Below, piece after piece: positions 43,940-53,573 of a stretch of DNA of 64,000 nt (position 1 is the first letter of the stretch; every line of letters starts with the position of its first letter). Under the pieces are notes generated by a model that searched no databases, was not told where the DNA came from, and saw only the letters and a list, made by a program, of their open reading frames with translations. The translations under genes and the position numbers were made by a program. Source of the DNA: Patescibacteria group bacterium (GTDB taxonomy: Bacteria; Patescibacteriota; Microgenomatia; Levybacterales; GWA1-39-11); NCBI GenBank assembly GCA_035549295.1, contig DASZRG010000043.1, positions 1,910-65,909 of the forward strand. Direction: 5' to 3'.

Positions 43940-46900
43940 TCAGATCTTCCTCAGTTGGCTCAGCTGTCTCATCAAGTGATGCTGCAACTTCCTCTTCTCC
44001 TCCAAATGCTTCCTCAACTTCTTTTTCCGTGGCGACATCAACACCCTCAAGGCTCTCTTTTAACTCTTCTGCTTCTTGCTTCAATTCTTCTTGCTTCTCA
44101 GATGTGTCTTCTGCATCGTCTGCAACTATTGCCTGCATAGGAACAATATTAAGCGATAACGACTGTAGCTCACGAATAAGAACTTTAAATGACTCAGGAA
44201 CGCGAGGCGTTGGAATATCAACACTCTTAATTATAGCCTCAAAAGCCTTTGCGCGACCTGAAACGTCATCTGACTTGATGGTCAACATCTCCTGAAGAGT
44301 GTATGCTGCACGATGCGACTCAAGTGCCCAAACCTCCATCTCTCCAAGACGCTGTCCTCCCATTTGCGCTTTTCCTCCAAGCGGCTGTTGAGTAACAAGT
44401 GAGTATGGTCCAGTTGATCTTGCGTGTGCTTTATCCTCAACCATGTGGATAAGCTTCATGATGTAACCAATACCAACAACGACATCATTCTCATATGGAT
44501 CACCAGTTCGAGCATCATATAGCTTCATTTTTCCATTGTCAGGCATTCCAGCATCTTTCATAAGACCCATGTATCGATCCTCGTCCATCTTTTCAAAAAC
44601 AGGAAGAGCAAGCTTGAGACCAAGTCTTTTTGCAGCGAGTCCAAGGTGAGCCTCAAGAAGCTGACCTAAATTCATACGTCCGAGTACTGAAATTGGGGAA
44701 ATAATGATATCGACTGGAGTACCATCTTCAAGATAAGGCATGTCTGAATCTGGAACTATCTTTGAAATAACTCCTTTATTTCCGTGACGTCCAGCGAGTT
44801 TATCTCCAACAACAACGTGACGAATCTGTGCAACTTCAACTTGCATCTTTTTGATCGTTCCAGGTTCAAGCTCATCACCACGTTCTCGGTCAAGAACCTG
44901 TACGCTTGTGACTATTCCGTGCTCACCATGAGGCATGCGAAGCGATGTGTCGCGAACTTCACGTGCTTTTTCACCAAAGATTGCACGAAGAAGTCTTTCT
45001 TCTGCGGTAAGCTCTGTCTCGCCCTTTGGAGCGATTTTACCGACTAAAATGTCGCCTGGTTTTACTTCAGAACCAACAACAACTACACCCTCGTCATCAA
45101 GATTTGCCAAGTCTTCCTCTGCGACATTTGGGATATCGCGTGTTGTCTCCTCAGGTCCAAGCTTAGTATCAACAACAGTTGCCTCATATTTTTCGATGTG
45201 AACTGAAGTCAGCGAATCGTCACGGACCAAACGGTCTGAAATAACGATAGCATCCTCATATCCAAGCCCATCAAATGATGCGTATGCGATGACCAAATTT
45301 TTACCAAGCGCGAGTTCTCCAAGCTCTGATGCAGGACCATCAATAAGGATATCGCCTTTTTTGATTTTTTGACCAGCAGTTACGACAGGTGCCTGATTGA
45401 AGAAAGTATTTTGAGCTGTTCTTTTGAATTTCTCAATCTTGAATGTTTGGGTCTCACCGCGACCATTCCCTTTTATAGTAACTTTGTTGGCATCGACAAA
45501 TATAACTTCCCCGTCATATGGAGCTGTTATAACGCGTGCCATAGCAGAACTTACAGAGCCTTCCATACCTGTTCCAATGATTGGACTTTCACTTTTAATA
45601 AGTGGAACAGCCTGACACTGCATGTGGGTACCCATAAGAGCACGGTTTGCTTCATCGTGATCGACAAAAGGAATAAGAGCCGCTGATGTTCCAACGACCT
45701 GGCGTGGAATAATATCTATGTATTCAACTTTTTCGCGTTCGACTTCAAGATATTCACCCTTGTAGCGAACTGGAAGAAGCTCGTCTGTGATATATCCATC
45801 TTTATCGATTCTGATATCTGCATGAGTGATGTAGTGCTCAAGTTCTGTGGCTGCATCCATATATACAACTTCATCAGTTACTCGAAGTTTGGACTTCTCG
45901 TGGACAACCTTTTTGTATGGAGCCTCCAAAAATCCATACTCATTGACTTTTGTGTAAAGAGCAAGATAGGTAACAAGTCCAATGTTTGGACCCTCAGGAG
46001 AGCGAACTGGACAAATTCTTGAATACTGAGATGAGTTAATATCACGAATCGAGAAGGAAGCACGCTCACGTGAAATACCACCGGTTCCCATAACAGTTAG
46101 ACGTCTGACGTTATCTATTTCTGAGAGTGGATTTGTCTGGTCAAGAATTGCTGAAAGCTGTGATGTTCTGAAGAATTCGTTAATTGCAGCTATTATTGGA
46201 TGAGCGTTTATAAAGTGTGATGGAGCATATTGTTCTTCAACTGATGCAAGACTCATTTTTTCTTTAATGATTCTTTCAAGTCTTAGTGCACCAACACGAA
46301 AAGCTGTTGTCTGAACGAGTTCTCCGATTGAGCGAATACGTCTGTTTGAAAGATGATCTATATCGTCGATATTTCCTTTACCGTTTTGGAGATTTATAAG
46401 GTATGACATGATACCAATTACGTCGTCGATTGTGAGTGTGAACCCGTCTGGAGCGTTGAATGTTGGGATTGCAGATAGCTTCTGGTTAACCTTATAACGA
46501 CCGACGCGAGATAGATCGTAGCGTCTTCTATCAAAGAATGAATCACGGAAATTTTGGCGGATAGTGTCGATAACCACAGGCTCTCCAGGATTCATTTTCT
46601 TGAAGATCTCAATAAGAGCATCAGTACCACCCTTTGTTTCATCTTTTTCGATAGTGTTCTTTATAAATATCTCGGCTGCTTCAACCCCTTTGAATTTCTC
46701 ATAAATCTCTTCATTTGTCTCTATTCCGAGCGCTTTAAGAAAAACAGATGCGAGGAATTTCTTGCGGCGATCAACTCTGACAACAACCATATCTGTTCTT
46801 GTAGTTGAAAATTCAAGCCATGAACCATGAACAGGCCTCATTTCAGCCGTGTAGAGAGTCTTACCAGTAATTGGATCTTCAACTGCTGTGAAGAAAACAC

Positions 46901-47315
46901 CAGGCGAGCGAACAATCTGTGAGACGATAACTCTTTCTATACCATTAACAATAAATGTACCGCGGTCGGTCATTTTTGGTACTTCACCCAGAAAAACATT
47001 TTGCTTTGTGCTTTTTCCAGTCTTTTTGTTAACAAGAGTTGCTTCAACTGTAAGAGGAGTAAAGTATGTAAGACCTTTGTTGAGTGCTATTTCTTCAGTA
47101 ATTTTAGGATCTCCGAGCTTGTAGTCGCCAAGTGCGAGTTCCCAATTTTTACCAGTGAAGTCTTCGATAGGAGATATTTCGTCAATTACTTCTTTGATAC
47201 CTTCTTCGATAAACCACTTATAGGACTCTTTCTGGATAGAAAGGAGATCTAACTCTGGTAGTGCTTTTTCAATTTTTCCCCAGTACTGCCTTGGGCTGCC
47301 AACTTTTTTTGTCAT
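43911..47315 (-). CDS. rpoB: DNA-directed RNA polymerase subunit beta, with a roughly 90 aa acidic C-terminal tail
   Basis: The 1134 aa ORF carries conserved beta-subunit blocks. The terminal 90 aa are Glu/Ala/Thr-rich and low in complexity. Confidence 0.97.
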   Translation of the reverse strand: MTKKVGSPRQYWGKIEKALPELDLLSIQKESYKWFIEEGIKEVIDEISPIEDFTGKNWELALGDYKLGDPKITEEIALNKGLTYFTPLTVEATLVNKKTGKSTKQNVFLGEVPKMTDRGTFIVNGIERVIVSQIVRSPGVFFTAVEDPITGKTLYTAEMRPVHGSWLEFSTTRTDMVVVRVDRRKKFLASVFLKALGIETNEEIYEKFKGVEAAEIFIKNTIEKDETKGGTDALIEIFKKMNPGEPVVIDTIRQNFRDSFFDRRRYDLSRVGRYKVNQKLSAIPTFNAPDGFTLTIDDVIGIMSYLINLQNGKGNIDDIDHLSNRRIRSIGELVQTTAFRVGALRLERIIKEKMSLASVEEQYAPSHFINAHPIIAAINEFFRTSQLSAILDQTNPLSEIDNVRRLTVMGTGGISRERASFSIRDINSSQYSRICPVRSPEGPNIGLVTYLALYTKVNEYGFLEAPYKKVVHEKSKLRVTDEVVYMDAATELEHYITHADIRIDKDGYITDELLPVRYKGEYLEVEREKVEYIDIIPRQVVGTSAALIPFVDHDEANRALMGTHMQCQAVPLIKSESPIIGTGMEGSVSSAMARVITAPYDGEVIFVDANKVTIKGNGRGETQTFKIEKFKRTAQNTFFNQAPVVTAGQKIKKGDILIDGPASELGELALGKNLVIAYASFDGLGYEDAIVISDRLVRDDSLTSVHIEKYEATVVDTKLGPEETTRDIPNVAEEDLANLDDEGVVVVGSEVKPGDILVGKIAPKGETELTAEERLLRAIFGEKAREVRDTSLRMPHGEHGIVTSVQVLDRERGDELEPGTIKKMQVEVAQIRHVVVGDKLAGRHGNKGVISKIVPDSDMPYLEDGTPVDIIISPISVLGRMNLGQLLEAHLGLAAKRLGLKLALPVFEKMDEDRYMGLMKDAGMPDNGKMKLYDARTGDPYENDVVVGIGYIMKLIHMVEDKAHARSTGPYSLVTQQPLGGKAQMGGQRLGEMEVWALESHRAAYTLQEMLTIKSDDVSGRAKAFEAIIKSVDIPTPRVPESFKVLIRELQSLSLNIVPMQAIVADDAEDTSEKQEELKQEAEELKESLEGVDVATEKEVEEAFGGEEEVAASLDETAEPTEEDLIAAKEETGV

Positions 47316-47624
47316 TAGAAATAACTTCTAGGAAGGGCTGCCTTTAGAACAAAAAAAACGGAAGGTACAGTGTACCCCCTCATTCAAAAGGCTCGATAAT
47401 TTATATACTATGGCTCGTGCTTTGTCAAGCACCAGTTTTGAGTAAAGTATCGTGTATGGTTGCGAGTTAACGGGTTTGCGGGTTAATGAGTTAATTTCCA
47501 GTTATTATTTACTATTTTTTGCTTAATACTCTTCCCGCAACTATTACTTTGGGACTAGATCAGACCTGTTACCGCTTGGCTTAAACTAACAGCTAAAAGC
47601 TAACTGCTAAACGCTTGCTTAGAC

Positions 47625-48578
47625 CTAGAGGTACTTTTGGATATTGGCGGCGTGGCCTTCTGAGGTCTTTGCCGGGTGAATGTGGCCTTCCTTATCAGAT
47701 ATATAGTACATATAGTCTGTTGTTGCCGGATTTAGAGCTGCTTGAATTGCCTGAACACCAGGGTTATCAATCGGTCCTGGGGGAAGTCCTACATGCTGAT
47801 AAGTATTGTAAAGCGAGTTAACTTTTAGATCATCAAATGTCAATTCCTGCTTCCACCACTTACCAGTATCGCTCTGATAACCAAGAGCATAAGCAACTGA
47901 TGGGTCAACCTGAAGCGCCATCCCATCATCAAGTCTATTGTGAATAACTGATGAAACGATTGGAAAATCAGCTGCAAACTTTGCTTCTTTTTGAATAATG
48001 GAGGCGATAATAACCGCATTCATAAAACCTGTGTTGCTTTCCGAAATACCTGATTCTTGCATTCTCTTATCAAAATTGTTCTTCATCATCACAATAACCT
48101 GATCAACGCTTGCGTCTCGAGGAATAAGATAAGTATCTGGAAAAAGATAGCCTTCCTGAGCATCAAGCTTGGGTCTCCATGAGTCATCATATGAAGGAAG
48201 GTTCTTTTTGAAAACGTCTGCAATTTCCTCAGCTCGAAGTCCTTCTGGAATTGTTACCCAGCGGTCAAGTGTCCCATGATTTAGAGTCTCAATGATCGCT
48301 GCAAGACTCATAGATGGCGAAAGCCTATAATCCCCCGCTTGAATCTGCTTGTCTTGGTCATTGAGCTTTACATATATAAAAAATGCAACGGCGTCTTTTA
48401 TGAGGCCGTCTTTTTTGAGGTTATTTCCAACTTCGCGAATTGCTTCACCGCGATTTATCACGAAAATTTTCTGACTCTTATCATGCGGATTTACCGGTGC
48501 GTTGCCAGATATCCAGTACATAATCCCGGCTAAAACAACAATACCTACAATAATTAGAGCTATTAAAGGCTTCTTCAT
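47625..48578 (-). CDS. mltG: Endolytic murein transglycosylase MltG (YceG family)
   Basis: A single N-terminal TM helix is followed by YceG-like domain sequence in a 317 aa ORF. Confidence 0.8.
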   Translation of the reverse strand: MKKPLIALIIVGIVVLAGIMYWISGNAPVNPHDKSQKIFVINRGEAIREVGNNLKKDGLIKDAVAFFIYVKLNDQDKQIQAGDYRLSPSMSLAAIIETLNHGTLDRWVTIPEGLRAEEIADVFKKNLPSYDDSWRPKLDAQEGYLFPDTYLIPRDASVDQVIVMMKNNFDKRMQESGISESNTGFMNAVIIASIIQKEAKFAADFPIVSSVIHNRLDDGMALQVDPSVAYALGYQSDTGKWWKQELTFDDLKVNSLYNTYQHVGLPPGPIDNPGVQAIQAALNPATTDYMYYISDKEGHIHPAKTSEGHAANIQKYL

Positions 48579-48696
48579 AACATGCTATTTTACCATATTG
48601 TTATCAGTCAGAAAATCGAACGGCTAAACAATATACATTTGACCTTTGACATGTGACTAAAAAGGTCAATTGTCAATTGTTAAATGTCACATGTTA

Positions 48697-49980
48697 TTAC
48701 TCGATTTCAAAAATCGGAAATAGTGAAAGTGAGTCGATTGACTCACTTATCAAATTCTCGTGACTAGTATAAAGAGTCATCAAATCATCACCGTGTTTTA
48801 CCTCATCGCCCAAGATGTGGTTAAGATATATACCTGATTTTTTATCAGCAGGCGCACCAAGAATCTTTGCAATAACTGTCAAGTTAATATTTTGAAGCTT
48901 TTTGATTTTACCTGACTTTGACGCTTTAACTATATGCGTATGTGCTGCTGGGTGCATTTTACTTGATGAAATATCCTCATCTCCGCCTTGAGCTTTTACG
49001 ATTTGTCTAAATTTTTCAAAAGCTTTTCCGGATGTTAATAAGTCTGTGGCCCAATTTTCAGTATTTTGATAATTCTTCTTTACCATATCTTTCAAATGAA
49101 CCGGTGAATCCTCAAGACATAGATCTAAAAGCTTTGCCGACGCATCTATTGCAAGTTTTTCAAGATGCATTGGCCTGTCTTCGATCTGCTCAAGAACTTT
49201 TACTGAGTCACGTGCTTCAAGAAGTGGACCCACACCAAAACCCGCTGGCGCATCCATTTTATGAATAAATGTCCTAACTTTCACCCCAAATCGCTTTCCA
49301 AGATATTTGAATTTGCGACCCAAAACCTCCGCATCTTCTTCTTTATGTAATTTAACGGTTGGTCCATATGGAAGATCTATTACAACGTGCGTTGAACCAA
49401 ATGCAATTTTTTTTGCCATAACAGAAACGACGATCTTATCATATGATTCAAAAAGAAGAGGCTCTTCTATCTTTATTATGTCATCATCAGCAGGAGCAAT
49501 TCTAAATCCCCCACCCCACACAATGCATCCCCCAGTCTCATCGACTATTTTATATATCTGATCTTTTGTAAATGTAACGTCTGAGATCGACTCCATGCAA
49601 TCTGCAGTTCCCGCAGGAGTTGTAATTGCACGGGATGAACTCTTTGGAATTTTAAACCCAGCCGCTGCAATTATCGGAACGAGTATCAAGGTTACACGAG
49701 TACCGGGTACTCCACCTATTGAATGCTTGTCGGCGACTATACCCTTGAACTCGAGTTTTTCGCCTGTCTCAACCATTGCCCGGGTCAAATAATAGAGTTC
49801 TTCATCAGAAAAACCTTCTGAATATCCAGATGCAACAAAATAAGTTGTCAAAACGTCTCCAAGTTTTTTCTTTGCAATTTCATCCATAATTGCAAAAATT
49901 TCTTTGTAGTTAAGAGTTTTACCAACTAATTTTTTTCTTATCCCTTCAAGCGCTAATTTCTTTTCGTCCTTGTCATCCAT
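48697..49980 (-). CDS. Pyrimidine-nucleoside / AMP phosphorylase family protein (glycosyl transferase family 3 fold), resembling archaeal-type AMP phosphorylase
   Basis: DKHSIGGVPGTRVT and SSSRAITTPAGTAD resemble the AMP-phosphorylase phosphate-binding loops rather than the GRGLGHTGGTLD loop of DeoA. At 427 aa it lacks the archaeal N-terminal domain. Confidence 0.75.
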   Translation of the reverse strand: MDDKDEKKLALEGIRKKLVGKTLNYKEIFAIMDEIAKKKLGDVLTTYFVASGYSEGFSDEELYYLTRAMVETGEKLEFKGIVADKHSIGGVPGTRVTLILVPIIAAAGFKIPKSSSRAITTPAGTADCMESISDVTFTKDQIYKIVDETGGCIVWGGGFRIAPADDDIIKIEEPLLFESYDKIVVSVMAKKIAFGSTHVVIDLPYGPTVKLHKEEDAEVLGRKFKYLGKRFGVKVRTFIHKMDAPAGFGVGPLLEARDSVKVLEQIEDRPMHLEKLAIDASAKLLDLCLEDSPVHLKDMVKKNYQNTENWATDLLTSGKAFEKFRQIVKAQGGDEDISSSKMHPAAHTHIVKASKSGKIKKLQNINLTVIAKILGAPADKKSGIYLNHILGDEVKHGDDLMTLYTSHENLISESIDSLSLFPIFEIE

Positions 49981-50377
49981 GTTTTATAAAATAACAAAAT
50001 TACAAATTCCAATTTCCAAATAAATTCTAAATTTTCAAATTACAAAATCTATAAACAATTGTGCTTTTAGCTTTCTGAATTTGCGAAAGTAACACTTTTT
50101 TGATTTTTTAAATTTGATATTTGTTTGGAATTTGGTGCTTGGTGATTGGTACTTAAACTTATATGTCCTTTCCCATTGCCATTTTGAATATTGCTGAAAT
50201 AAATGATTTGACAAAACGAAGTGTGTAATAAAAAACCATGTTAAATATCTTAACGATTGTGGGCTCAATTTTTTCGAAATAATATTTTATGCGGGAGAGA
50301 AATGCAGAACGATTGTAATCTTTAATATCTTGATCGGTCATCAGACTCGAATTTTGATCGTCTTGCATAGATTAAGT

Positions 50378-51115
50378 TTACGTTGATGCGTTAAGTGTTT
50401 CAAGTGAAGCGTGTATTATAAGTCTTTTCCAAATTGTTCCAGGTGGTGTACATGTAACCAAAGTTATATATGAATGATCAAAACTTTGAGATAGTATGTT
50501 GGTATCATCTGGTGAAGTAATTACTATTGAAAATATTTTGTATTTAAACTGTGTACCTTGAACAGTAATGTTTATTTCATCCCCAACTTTTATAGTGTGA
50601 AGTGTAGCGAAGATAGTTTTATAATTTTTTTGGTCAAACCAAGCAGGAATAGTCGAATGTCCAAATATCACGGCTGTTCCATTCTGACCCGGAATGGCAG
50701 TACCGAGGTACTGAACAAGATGATGATCGAGATCATAGTCACGTGTTGAAACTGTAGCGTTATCTATCCCTAGTTTTGGAATAGATAGGAGATATGAATC
50801 CACCTTTGAGTGTTTAACTGTATTTGATGGAAGACTCGGGTACCAATTTCTTGCATCATTATAATCAGACGTTAAAGACGATATTCCCTGACTAATAAGT
50901 CCTCCAAAGTCCATCCCTCCATTTAAAACCATGTACTTGGGTATCGGAACTTCAAGATTGGTTTGAATATAGTCACCCAGAAAAACCTGATAAGCGATAA
51001 CTGGAAATAAAAAGTAAAGAAATATTCCAAGTCCAATAGTTATTAATATTACTCCGGCGATTTTTTTGTAGATTTTTTTGTCTACTCGTTCATTTTTTTC
51101 GTAGTATTCGGGCAT
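50378..51115 (-). CDS. Sortase family transpeptidase
   Basis: An N-terminal TM helix is followed by a catalytic His (AVIFGHSTIP), the catalytic Cys in the TLVTC motif, and a downstream Arg. Confidence 0.8.
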   Translation of the reverse strand: MPEYYEKNERVDKKIYKKIAGVILITIGLGIFLYFLFPVIAYQVFLGDYIQTNLEVPIPKYMVLNGGMDFGGLISQGISSLTSDYNDARNWYPSLPSNTVKHSKVDSYLLSIPKLGIDNATVSTRDYDLDHHLVQYLGTAIPGQNGTAVIFGHSTIPAWFDQKNYKTIFATLHTIKVGDEINITVQGTQFKYKIFSIVITSPDDTNILSQSFDHSYITLVTCTPPGTIWKRLIIHASLETLNAST

Positions 51116-53388
51116 TAGTTTCTAATTTCAACACTTATATTCTTTGGGTTGGCAGAAAGCATCGCGGGAAGACCAGGAATTTTGTTTTTGAATGAGATGA
51201 CAACATCTGTCACACCCGTCATATCTCGCAATTTTTTATCTGCATCATTGACGCTTTTGCCACGAACATCGCTAATTAATTTTGCCGTATCGATTTGAGG
51301 CGAGAAAACAGCATTTATTTTGAGAGTTGCCGAAGCAGAATCTCCATTCGATCCTGGCTTAACGTCTGTAATATCTATTTTTGAATTCTGGGTTTGAAAT
51401 ACATAGGACCCAGGAACGTCATTTTTAGAAAGTTTTTGGACATAGTCATCAAGATCAGACTTGCTATATGTTCCAACGTTATAGTCAATTGTTGCTGTCA
51501 AACCAACGGTTCCGGCTTCATCTCCAGATTTTTTAGTATACGACTTGTCCTTTACTTCTGATGAAAGAGCTTGGGGAAACGTTACCTCACTTGAGTCAGA
51601 ACTTTGGGCTTTTGAAACCGCATCACCTTCGAGTTTTTGCGTCACAAGAGTTAATAAGTCTTTTAGATCTGTGTCCGAAACAACTGTTGTTGTTTTACTC
51701 GTTCCACCAGTTATTGCATCTGAATTTTTCGCTATAACATCAGATGATGAGACACCTTTTACTGTAAAATTCGAAGCAGATGGTAAATTGTACTCTTTAC
51801 CAAATTTGGAAGCTTGAACTTTTACCGATGCTGATGAAAGGGTCGTTGAAAACGATGAAGTTGAGGCTATATTAACGTCATCTTGCAACTGGAACTCCAA
51901 GCCATTGGGCCCGACAATAGTTGAACCATCAAGAAAAGTTTTACTGTCTTCTGTTTTGTTGTAAATAGTAACTGACCCAGTTGCCTTATCTCCTGTCTCT
52001 TTTTTACCTGTCGCATTTTTACTCTCATCTCCCTTCACTTCTTCTGTTGAAACAGACATTTTGATCTCGTTATCTCCCGTCGGATCTTTTGAAAATGAAA
52101 TCGGGACCGACTTATCAACTGCCTTTTTATCAGCAAATATTATAATTTGCGATTGGAGAAGAACGTTATAATAAAAATACAAAAATCCTGCGATTAAAAT
52201 TATTGCTCCGACAGCAAAAAATATCCCTTTTGATTTGATGAAGTTACCGCCCGAGACCGATGGAACCGTAGGAATACTTGGAATTTTAAGACCCTTTAGT
52301 TTAGACAGAACAGCCGAAACATCAATCGGTACGGGAAGAAGTGCCTTCTTCTCATCAGCAGCTTCCTCGTCTGGCTCATAATCCTCGTCTGTTTCTTTGA
52401 AGTATTTAACGTTTGGTTCTTCTTCAAAACCTGCAAAATCGCCCACTTTTGCAACGTCTGATTTTTCAGTGTTTTTAAGTGACTCTTCAAAAGCGTCTTC
52501 TTTTTCATCCATCTCAGGTGCCGCCTCAATCGCAATATCTTTTTCTTTCAGAAATCCAAACTCCTCAGAAGTTGCCGTATCAAGGATAACTTCCTCATCG
52601 TCGACTAAAGCTCCGCTGTTCGTTCTCACGTCAGACAAAACCTCAAGCTCCATTTGCGTTGCAACTCCATTTATAGTTGCCTCGTTCTCAACGCCTTTCT
52701 CGAGAACAACAACCTGAGGAACATGAAGAAATGGAATTGATTGTGGCCATTTATGAGAAATAAATTCCTGCTGCATTTGTGCAGCATTGTCATAATCAAG
52801 AAGAACGAGTTTTGCGGGAAGTACGTCAACACTATCCATCTTTTTGAATAGCTCTTCCGCCGTTTCAATTACACCCTCACTTACAGAACTTGATTGCGCT
52901 TCCAAAATTTTGCCTGCGCGAACCAGGTAGGCAAATACGTGATTTTTTGTAACTTCAATGAACATTGCAGATACTGGAGCTCCTTCTTTTTTCTCAATGA
53001 AATGAACAATCGCCTCAATAGATGTGAGATATCCTATCGGAGTTAGACCAAGAGACTTACAAACAGTTTTGAGACGATCAAGATAATCAGGTTTTATTTT
53101 ATTCTCAACAATCCAATCATATGGAAGAGAAAAAATTGTTTTATCAACTGTTGCGCCTTCCGGAAGACTTGATTCCAGGAAGCTAATTGAGCGATCGGCC
53201 GCTTTGAGAAGTTCTTCGGAGGATATTTCATCAATGTCTGTTTCGAGGTGATCTTCGTGGCTTGCAAGAATAAAAAGCTTATCACCATGCTCTTCAAAAA
53301 GAATTGCCCCAACCTTATTCGGCTTAATTAAAAGTGATAGAAAATAATTTTTTTCTACTTTTTTGTTCTTTAAAAAAGGCAGCTGCAT
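51115..53388 (-). CDS. Hypothetical bitopic membrane protein (757 aa), translationally coupled to the sortase gene
   Basis: A cytoplasmic N-terminal domain of about 370 aa is followed by a TM helix (GIFFAVGAIILIAGFLYFYY) and a roughly 360 aa Ser/Thr-rich extracytoplasmic domain. Its stop overlaps the sortase ATG by 1 nt (TAATG). Confidence 0.55.
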   Translation of the reverse strand: MQLPFLKNKKVEKNYFLSLLIKPNKVGAILFEEHGDKLFILASHEDHLETDIDEISSEELLKAADRSISFLESSLPEGATVDKTIFSLPYDWIVENKIKPDYLDRLKTVCKSLGLTPIGYLTSIEAIVHFIEKKEGAPVSAMFIEVTKNHVFAYLVRAGKILEAQSSSVSEGVIETAEELFKKMDSVDVLPAKLVLLDYDNAAQMQQEFISHKWPQSIPFLHVPQVVVLEKGVENEATINGVATQMELEVLSDVRTNSGALVDDEEVILDTATSEEFGFLKEKDIAIEAAPEMDEKEDAFEESLKNTEKSDVAKVGDFAGFEEEPNVKYFKETDEDYEPDEEAADEKKALLPVPIDVSAVLSKLKGLKIPSIPTVPSVSGGNFIKSKGIFFAVGAIILIAGFLYFYYNVLLQSQIIIFADKKAVDKSVPISFSKDPTGDNEIKMSVSTEEVKGDESKNATGKKETGDKATGSVTIYNKTEDSKTFLDGSTIVGPNGLEFQLQDDVNIASTSSFSTTLSSASVKVQASKFGKEYNLPSASNFTVKGVSSSDVIAKNSDAITGGTSKTTTVVSDTDLKDLLTLVTQKLEGDAVSKAQSSDSSEVTFPQALSSEVKDKSYTKKSGDEAGTVGLTATIDYNVGTYSKSDLDDYVQKLSKNDVPGSYVFQTQNSKIDITDVKPGSNGDSASATLKINAVFSPQIDTAKLISDVRGKSVNDADKKLRDMTGVTDVVISFKNKIPGLPAMLSANPKNISVEIRN

Positions 53389-53461
53389 ATTTGATTACTA
53401 TCAGACTACGAGTAACTAGATACTAGAGAATAGTAACTAGAAGTCTCCAGTTATTAGTTAG

Positions 53462-53573
53462 TCGGTTACGATGCCCGTTTCGTTTTTGGGTTACGTTAAA
53501 CGTAAAGACTTAACCGATACGGGTATCGTTACCAAATAACTTTAAACGATTGGAATCGCCCTTGATACCCTTA
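53462..53573 (-). repeat. Roughly 110 nt dispersed element, copy B. It is inverted relative to copy A and directly abuts the alaS stop codon
   Basis: The reverse complement aligns with 38155-38266 at about 85% identity. On the alaS strand it begins GGGTATCAAGGG immediately after the TAG stop. Confidence 0.85.

Noticed and set aside
50035-50368. Two overlapping small ORFs downstream of the sortase gene (69 aa and 77 aa)
   Set aside because: They are in mutually exclusive frames inside an A/T-rich region that carries an inverted repeat. Neither has support. At most one could be real, and that one only with low confidence.
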